Assembly: GCA_025458035.1 (NCBI GenBank)
Contig: JALOTH010000003.1
Coordinates: forward strand, 5,317-69,316
Length of the DNA stretch: 64,000 bases
Direction of reading: 5' to 3'
Origin: Rhodospirillales bacterium
GTDB taxonomy: Bacteria > Pseudomonadota > Alphaproteobacteria > Rhodospirillales > Defluviicoccaceae
This document shows positions 57,753-64,000 of this stretch, piece by piece (position 1 is the first letter of the stretch; the number at the start of each line of letters is the position of its first letter). Made by a program: the position numbers and the translations under genes. Under the pieces are notes generated by a model. It saw only the letters and a program-made list of their open reading frames with translations. It made no database searches and was not told the DNA's origin.

Positions 57753-58819
57753 GCGTGCTCGTTCGCTACATCAGCCGACGCTTCGGTCTGCTGCTGATCA
57801 TGACGGCGACGGTGCTGACGGCGCTGTCGCTGGCGTTCGAGCTTCTCGAGGAAACGGACAATATTATCAAGGCGTCGGACGGGCGCGCGGCGGCGGTGCT
57901 CTGGTACGCGCTGTTGCGGGTGCCGGATGTGACGTCGAAGATGCTGCCGATTGCCGCTCTGCTCGCCGCCCTGGCGACCGTTGGCCTGATGATGCGCCAC
58001 AATGAAATGGTGGCGTTGTGGAGTGGTGGCGTCTCCAGCGCCGGGGTGATGCGCTTGTTCCTTCCCGTGGCCGCGCTGATGTGCGTCGTTCAGTTCGCCC
58101 TCGATGACCGCGTGGTGCCATCGACCCTGACCCGGCTTTATGATTGGGGAGTGGGCGATTTTCGGCGCAGCGGCATGCTGAGCGGCGGAACGAAGGAGGT
58201 CTGGCTGCTCAGCGGCAACGACGTCATTCGCCTGCCGGCGCACAACGCGCGCCGGGCGCGGCTTGAAGATCTGACCATCTTCCGGCGCGATGCCGCCGGT
58301 GTCCTGGTGGAACAGCTGCACGCGGCTGCCGCCGTGCCCGGCCAGGGTGGCTGGATGCTGCACGATGTCAGCCGTTACTCGGTCGCGCCGGCGCGCGGCG
58401 AACGTCTCGCCGAACTGTTCTGGCCGGGTCGGATCGACCTTGAGCATCTGTCGCTGATTTCCGCGGGGTTGCGGGAACTCTCGCTGAACCAACTCTTGAC
58501 ACTGATCGCCAATCAGGGATTCGGGCAGAGGCCAACGGCCTTGGCGCTCACTTGGGCGCATGCCCGCGTCGCCAACAGCCTCGGGCCGCTTCTTGTTGCC
58601 GCGCTCGTCATCGCCTGTTCGCAGGTCTACCGCCGCCGCGGTGGCTTCGGCATCGTCATGCTGTCCAGCCTCGCCATTGGCTTCACCTATTTTATCCTGG
58701 ATAACATCGGCCTCGCCCTCGGCGAGTCCGGCTTTCTTTCGCCATGGTTGGCAGCCTGGTCATCGAAGGTCGTGCTCATTTGCACGATCGGCAGCCTGAT
58801 GCTTCGGCATGAGACGTGA
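57749..58819 (+). CDS. lptG: LPS export ABC transporter permease LptG
   Basis: (M)SVLVRYISRRFGLLLIM N-terminus. TTGA overlap with the lptF stop (alternative start GTG 57755). YjgP/YjgQ family. Confidence 0.85.
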   Translation: MSVLVRYISRRFGLLLIMTATVLTALSLAFELLEETDNIIKASDGRAAAVLWYALLRVPDVTSKMLPIAALLAALATVGLMMRHNEMVALWSGGVSSAGVMRLFLPVAALMCVVQFALDDRVVPSTLTRLYDWGVGDFRRSGMLSGGTKEVWLLSGNDVIRLPAHNARRARLEDLTIFRRDAAGVLVEQLHAAAAVPGQGGWMLHDVSRYSVAPARGERLAELFWPGRIDLEHLSLISAGLRELSLNQLLTLIANQGFGQRPTALALTWAHARVANSLGPLLVAALVIACSQVYRRRGGFGIVMLSSLAIGFTYFILDNIGLALGESGFLSPWLAAWSSKVVLICTIGSLMLRHET

Positions 58820-58919
58820 TCGCACGTCGTCATGTTTTCATGAGGCGGCACCGGCGGCTTGCCGGCCGCGCAACGAGGGCGATACTTAAGGTGGCGCTGG
58901 TCAACACAGGGGCTTTACG

Positions 58920-59567
58920 GTGATCCGTTACACAGTCATTCCAGTCACGCCGTTCCAACAGAACTGCAGCCTCGTCTGGTGCGATGACAGCAAGATCGGA
59001 GCGGTCGTCGACCCGGGCGGCGAGGTTGATCGCATCGTCAAGACCGCTGAGCAGCACGGCATCGACCTGCAAAAAATTCTGGTGACCCACGGCCATCTCG
59101 ATCACGCGGGCGGGGTCGAGGAGCTGGCGCGCCGCTACCGCTTGCCCATCGAGGGGCCGCACCAGGGCGATCAGTTCTGGATCGACGGCATGAAAGAACA
59201 GGCGGTGATGTTCGGTTGCCGGCCCTCGGCCCCGTTCACGCCGACGCGCTGGCTGATCGACGGCGACACGGTGACGGTGGGCTCGGCGACGTTCGAGGTT
59301 CGCCATTGTCCGGGACACACACCGGGACACGTCATCTTTTTTCATCGTCCGTCGAAGCTGGCGCTGGTTGGCGACGTCCTGTTCGCGGGATCGATCGGCC
59401 GGACCGATTTTCCCGGCGGCGATTATGAAACGCTGATCCAGTCCATTCGCCGCCGCCTGTGGTCCCTTGGCGACGATGTCCGCTTCGTACCGGGCCACGG
59501 CCCGGAATCGACGTTCGGACACGAGCGGCGGACCAACCCCTTTGTCGCGGATGCGGTGTTCTCCTGA
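58920..59567 (+). CDS. MBL-fold metallo-hydrolase (YcbL/glyoxalase II-like)
   Basis: 215 aa. THGHLDHAGG metal motif and CPGHTPGH. Confidence 0.88.
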   Translation: MIRYTVIPVTPFQQNCSLVWCDDSKIGAVVDPGGEVDRIVKTAEQHGIDLQKILVTHGHLDHAGGVEELARRYRLPIEGPHQGDQFWIDGMKEQAVMFGCRPSAPFTPTRWLIDGDTVTVGSATFEVRHCPGHTPGHVIFFHRPSKLALVGDVLFAGSIGRTDFPGGDYETLIQSIRRRLWSLGDDVRFVPGHGPESTFGHERRTNPFVADAVFS

Positions 59568-59611
59568 AACCGCAACAGGCTTCGGCGGGAGGTTCGAGCG
59601 CCGATCAGCAC

Positions 59612-61771
59612 GTGCTCGCCGGCACCGTCGAGCGGGTCACCTATCACAACGCCGACACCGGCTTTGCCGTACTTCGGGTCAGCGCGCGGGGCTTTCGCGA
59701 ACCGGTGACGGTCGTCGGCCGCCTCGCCGCCATCGTCGCTGGCGAGCGTTTGCAGGCGAGCGGACACTGGGTCGTCGACGCCCAGTACGGGCGGCAATTC
59801 GCCGCTGATTTCCTCCGTAGCGCGCCACCGACGAGCCCGGATGGGATCGAACGGTATCTGGCCTCGGGTCTGGTCAGGGGTATTGGACCGGTCTATGCGA
59901 AGAAGCTGGTGGCGGCCTTCGGCGAACGGGTGTTCGACGTCATCGACCGCGAACCCGATCGTCTGCATCACGTCCCGGGCATCGGCGCCAAACGCATCGA
60001 GGCGATCCTTGCCGCCTGGGCGGAGCAGAAAGCGATCCGCGAGATCATGCTCTTCCTTTATCAGCATGACATCGGACCGTCGCGCGCCATGCGCATTTAT
60101 CGGACGTATGGCGCAGGCGCGCTGAAGACGATCAGCGAAAACCCCTATCAATTGTCGCGCGATATCCGCGGCATCGGCTTCAAGGTTGCGGATGCGATCG
60201 CCGCCAGCCTCGGCGTCGATCATGGCGCGCTGATCCGTCGGCGGGCGGCTTTGATCCACCGCCTCGGCGAGGCCGTTGAAGCCGGTCATTGCGGCCTGCC
60301 GCGGGATGAGTTGCTGGCCAGCACGGCGGAACTTCTCGCGCTGCCGTCCGCGCAGGTCGAAGAGGCGCTGCCGGCGGAAATCGGGAACGGCCACGTCATT
60401 CTCGATCGGAGCGGCGAAACGGCGTGCGTCTTTCTCAGCGGCCTGCACGAAGCGGAAACCTTCATTGCCGGGCGGCTGTGTCAACTGGCCGCCGGCCGTC
60501 CACCATGGCCGCCCATCGACCCCGGTCGTGCCATCCCTTGGGTCGAGGACAAGCTGGCCATCGCGCTGGCCGAAGGCCAGCGGACGGCGATCGCGACGGC
60601 GCTGGCGCAAAAGGTCGTGGTCATTACCGGTGGTCCCGGCGTTGGCAAAACGACGCTGATGCGCAGTCTGCTGCGCATCGTGGCGACGAAAAAGGTTCAG
60701 GTGGCCCTTGCCGCGCCCACCGGCCGGGCGGCAAAGCGGCTCAGTGACAGCACCGGTTTCGAAGCCAAGACGCTTCACCGGCTGCTGGAGGTCGACGCCC
60801 ACGGTGGCCGGTTTCGGCGCCGGGAAGACAATCCGCTGACCTGCGATCTGCTCGTCGTCGACGAAGCGTCGATGATCGACGTGCCGATGATGCGCTCGCT
60901 GCTGAAGGCGATGCCCGACCATGCCGCCCTCCTGTTGGTGGGCGACACCGATCAATTGCCGTCGGTCGGACCCGGCCAGGTCTTGGCCGACATCATCTCC
61001 GCCAATCGGCTGCCGGTCGTTCGGCTGACCGAGGTGTTCCGGCAGGCTACCGCGAGCCGCATCATCGCCAATGCCCACCGCATCCGCGAGGGGGTGTTGC
61101 CGGCGATCGATCAGGATCCGGAGAGTGATTTCCGGTTCATCGGTTGCGAGAGCCCCGAAGATGGAGCGGCGAAAATTCGCCGTCTCGTCTGCGAACTGAT
61201 TCCCGACCGCTATGGCTTCGACGCCAAGCGCGACGTGCAGGTGCTCACGCCGATGCAGCAAGGACGCCTTGGCGCGCGCACCCTCAACGTCGAACTGCAG
61301 GCCGCGCTCAACCCGCAATCGGCGGCGGTGATCGAACGGCACGGTTCTCGATTTGCCGTCGGCGACAAGGTCATGCAGGTGGAGAACGATTACAAGAAAG
61401 AGGTTTTCAACGGCGATGTCGGAACGATCGAGACCGCCGACGCGGAAGCGGAAGTGGCATCCGTCAACTTCGACGGACGGCTGGTAACCTATGCGTTTGA
61501 TGATCTCGATCAACTGACACTGGCCTATGCGATCACCATCCACAAGGCGCAAGGCTCAGAGTATCCCGCCGTCGTCATCCCGGTGACCACGCACCATTTC
61601 CCCATGCTGCAGCGATCGCTGATCTACACCGGGGTCACCCGCGGCCGGCGGCTGGTTGTCGTTGTCGGCCAGTTGCGGGCCCTTGCCATTGCCGTCAAGA
61701 ATGCCCGCAGCGGCCGGCGCTGGACGCGGCTGGCGGAGCAGGTATCGCGCGCCATGGCCGCCCAGCGTTGA
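59612..61771 (+). CDS. recD2: RecD2-like SF1 ATP-dependent DNA helicase
   Basis: GTVERVTYHNADTGFAVLRV N-terminal OB-like domain, HhH region, Walker A GGPGVGKTT, DEASMID, and TIHKAQGSEY. Start assigned to GTG 59612 (uncertain). Confidence 0.88.
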   Translation: MLAGTVERVTYHNADTGFAVLRVSARGFREPVTVVGRLAAIVAGERLQASGHWVVDAQYGRQFAADFLRSAPPTSPDGIERYLASGLVRGIGPVYAKKLVAAFGERVFDVIDREPDRLHHVPGIGAKRIEAILAAWAEQKAIREIMLFLYQHDIGPSRAMRIYRTYGAGALKTISENPYQLSRDIRGIGFKVADAIAASLGVDHGALIRRRAALIHRLGEAVEAGHCGLPRDELLASTAELLALPSAQVEEALPAEIGNGHVILDRSGETACVFLSGLHEAETFIAGRLCQLAAGRPPWPPIDPGRAIPWVEDKLAIALAEGQRTAIATALAQKVVVITGGPGVGKTTLMRSLLRIVATKKVQVALAAPTGRAAKRLSDSTGFEAKTLHRLLEVDAHGGRFRRREDNPLTCDLLVVDEASMIDVPMMRSLLKAMPDHAALLLVGDTDQLPSVGPGQVLADIISANRLPVVRLTEVFRQATASRIIANAHRIREGVLPAIDQDPESDFRFIGCESPEDGAAKIRRLVCELIPDRYGFDAKRDVQVLTPMQQGRLGARTLNVELQAALNPQSAAVIERHGSRFAVGDKVMQVENDYKKEVFNGDVGTIETADAEAEVASVNFDGRLVTYAFDDLDQLTLAYAITIHKAQGSEYPAVVIPVTTHHFPMLQRSLIYTGVTRGRRLVVVVGQLRALAIAVKNARSGRRWTRLAEQVSRAMAAQR

Positions 61772-61816
61772 CGCAGCCGCTGACCGCAGTCTACACACGG
61801 GCGTGAATGAGAGGTT

Positions 61817-63454
61817 ATGCGCATGTGTCGACGGGCAGAGAGCAGACGCACCGGCCGGCGCCCTGCCATTGGCACGCTGGTGGTGGCGTGCGCCATCGCC
61901 GCGGCAACGGGATGCACGATGGTCGGCCCGGACTTCGAGCGCCCGTCGGTACAGGTGAACAGCCGGTGGCTGGACGGCGATGCGCCGGCGGTCAGTTCGG
62001 CGCCCGCCGACACGCGGCAGTGGTGGTCCGTGTTCGCGGACCCGACGCTTGACCAACTGATTGGCATCGCCCATCAACAGAACCTGGATCTGCGAACGGC
62101 TGGCTTGCGCGTGGTGCAGGCGCGCGCCGCACTCGGCATCGCCATCGGCGATTTCTATCCGCAAACGCAACAAGCCTTTGGGTCGCTGACCTACAACCGC
62201 ACGAGCGAACGGTCGCCGCAGACGCCGGAACAATCCTCGTCGTTCTACCGTTTCTGGGCGAACGAGGTCGGGCTGCAGATCGCCTGGGAATTGGACTTCT
62301 GGGGAAAATTCCGCCGCAGCATTGAGGCCGCCGACGCCAGCTTCCTGTCGTCGGTCGCTGCCTACGATTTTGCGCTGGTGACCCTGACGAGCGACGTCGC
62401 CGCCACCTATGTGGCCACCCGCACCCTTGAGGAACGCCTCGCGATCGCTTTCGAGAACGTGAAGGTGCAACGGGAGAGCCTGACCATCGCACGCGCCCGT
62501 TTCGAGGGCGGCTCCACGTCCGAGCGGGACGTGGCTCAGGCGCAAACCATTCTCGCTTCCACCGAAGCGACGATCCCGCAACTGCAAAATCAGCTACAGC
62601 AAGCGAAGAATGCGTTGAACGTCCTCGTCGGCGCGCCGCCGGGCACGATCGACGGCTTGCTGCGCGAAACGCGGGGCATTCCGGCGGTTCCGCTCACGGT
62701 GGCGGTGGGCATCCCCGCCGATCTGCTGCGGCGGCGGCCGGACATCCGCCAGGCGGAACTGGCGGCAATGCAGCAAAGCGCGGTGATCGGCTTCACCAAG
62801 GCGGACCTGTATCCGGCGTTTTCGCTCACCGGGAATTTCGGCTTCCTTGCCAGCGACTGGCGAAACTTTGATCTGGGCGACATCTTCCTTGCGAAGAGCC
62901 GCGCCTTTTCGGTGGGGCCTTCGGTGAGCTGGAATTTCCTCAACTATGGGCGGATCACCAATAACGTCCGCCTGCAGGACGCGCGTTTGCAGGAGAGCCT
63001 CGTCACTTACCAGAACGCCGTGCTGGCGGCACAGCGGGAGGTCGAGGACGGGCTCAGCACCTTCCTGCACTCCCAGGCGCGGGTCGCCAAACTGAAGGTC
63101 AGCGCCGCCGCCGCCCAACTGTCGCGCGACCTCGCGTTCCTGCAGTACAGCGAGGGCATCACGGATTTCACCACCGTCCTCACCGCCGAGCAGGCCCTGC
63201 TGAACGAGCAGGACAATCTGGCGCAGGCGAGCGGGGATATTCCCGCCGGCCTGATCAGCGTCTACCGGGCCCTCGGCGGCGGCTGGGAGTTCCCCGACCA
63301 GCGCGACTTCGTGCCACAGGAGACACGCGAATTGATGGCCGAACGCACGGACTGGGGGAACCTGCTGACCCCGGTCAACCTGCTCGAACCGGCCGCACCA
63401 CCGCTGCCGGGTACCGAGGATGTCTCCAGCCGGGTTCGGGCTCCCGAATGGTAG
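61817..63454 (+). CDS. RND efflux outer-membrane factor lipoprotein (NodT family)
   Basis: Lipobox AAATGC. Two OEP repeats. The second ATG (61823) has better RBS spacing. Confidence 0.9.
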   Translation: MRMCRRAESRRTGRRPAIGTLVVACAIAAATGCTMVGPDFERPSVQVNSRWLDGDAPAVSSAPADTRQWWSVFADPTLDQLIGIAHQQNLDLRTAGLRVVQARAALGIAIGDFYPQTQQAFGSLTYNRTSERSPQTPEQSSSFYRFWANEVGLQIAWELDFWGKFRRSIEAADASFLSSVAAYDFALVTLTSDVAATYVATRTLEERLAIAFENVKVQRESLTIARARFEGGSTSERDVAQAQTILASTEATIPQLQNQLQQAKNALNVLVGAPPGTIDGLLRETRGIPAVPLTVAVGIPADLLRRRPDIRQAELAAMQQSAVIGFTKADLYPAFSLTGNFGFLASDWRNFDLGDIFLAKSRAFSVGPSVSWNFLNYGRITNNVRLQDARLQESLVTYQNAVLAAQREVEDGLSTFLHSQARVAKLKVSAAAAQLSRDLAFLQYSEGITDFTTVLTAEQALLNEQDNLAQASGDIPAGLISVYRALGGGWEFPDQRDFVPQETRELMAERTDWGNLLTPVNLLEPAAPPLPGTEDVSSRVRAPEW

Positions 63455-63469
63455 TCACCGGCAACAGCT

Positions 63470-64000
63470 ATGGACTTGCGGCGGGCAACGACGATGGCTG
63501 AGCCGGCGGGCGTCAGGCGCGCACTCATCGCCAAGCGCGTTCTGGTGGTGATGGCGTTCGGGCTCGGCATTGTGGCGTGCGAAGACGACAAGAACGTCTA
63601 CGTACCGCCGCCGCCGCCGAAGGTCACGGTAGCCAAACCGGTCGTCGAAACCATCACCAACACCCTCGAATTCACCGGCAACACCGTGGCCTACGAGACG
63701 GTCAAGCTGGTGGCGCGGGTCGAAGGGTATCTCGAAAAGGTACATTTTCAAGACGGCCAGCGGGTCAGCAAGGGCGACCTGCTGTTCACCATCCAGCAGG
63801 CCCAGTACAAGGCCAATGTGGAACAGGCGGAAAGCGAGGTGCTCGCCACCAAGGCGAAGCTGGATTACGCCGAAACCGAGTATCGGCGCTTCTCCCGTCT
63901 GTTCGAACAGAAGGCCGCGGCGGCAACCCAGGTCGATCAATGGCGGTTTGAGCGGGACTCGACGCGCGCTGCGCTCGAAGCGGCGCAGGCGAAGCTCGCC
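63470..64000 (+). CDS. RND efflux periplasmic adaptor (MFP/HlyD family), N-terminal part; 3' end outside window
   Basis: Open frame to the window edge. It contains a lipoprotein-like segment VVMAFGLGIVAC, then TLEFTGNTVAYETVKLVARVEGYLEKVHFQDGQRVSKGDLLFTIQ (biotinyl-lipoyl-like motif). Confidence 0.85.
   Translation, partial: MDLRRATTMAEPAGVRRALIAKRVLVVMAFGLGIVACEDDKNVYVPPPPPKVTVAKPVVETITNTLEFTGNTVAYETVKLVARVEGYLEKVHFQDGQRVSKGDLLFTIQQAQYKANVEQAESEVLATKAKLDYAETEYRRFSRLFEQKAAAATQVDQWRFERDSTRAALEAAQAKLA

Noticed and set aside
1-64000. Search for tRNA, rRNA, tmRNA, riboswitch-like leaders, transposases, integrases and phage genes
   Set aside because: I saw no T-arm/anticodon-arm-like cloverleaf segments or rRNA-like conserved blocks in the intergenic regions. 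No ORF has DDE, tyrosine-recombinase or serine-recombinase motifs. Absence by eye is not proof; tRNAscan-SE and Infernal would settle it.

Overview
High-GC chromosomal segment that looks alphaproteobacterial. The evidence is a TIGR02186/Alph_Pro_TM gene next to a TauE gene, a class I LysRS, SdhE, and REP-like GTCAYTGCGAG hairpins. About 55 protein-coding genes can be supported. Most are housekeeping: lepA, hslVU, mfd, lysK, ubiD, lptFG, potFGHI, mscL and an ABC-F ATPase. Accessory content: (i) a DUF2126-transglutaminase / circularly permuted ATP-grasp::alpha-E / transglutaminase operon (1.3-8.2 kb); (ii) a vapBC toxin-antitoxin pair; (iii) a luxI/luxR quorum-sensing locus (16.8-19.7 kb) with an unassignable repeat-containing ORF between the two genes, a las/lux-type box and a long structured leader; (iv) a secreted beta-propeller::di-haem peroxidase-like fusion protein; (v) a VPLPA-CTERM-tagged alkaline phosphatase; (vi) a hypCABDFE hydrogenase-maturation operon with no hydrogenase structural genes nearby, in which hypE lacks its stop codon; (vii) the start of an OMF-MFP RND efflux operon. 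Three genes appear damaged: a frameshift near 795, the hypE stop loss at 32549-32551, and an internal deletion plus frameshift in the TauE gene near 45.9 kb. I found no rRNA, tRNA, CRISPR array, transposase or integrase. Many long ORFs on the track are antisense shadow ORFs typical of GC-rich DNA and are not reported. All family assignments come from motif recognition by eye, not from database searches.
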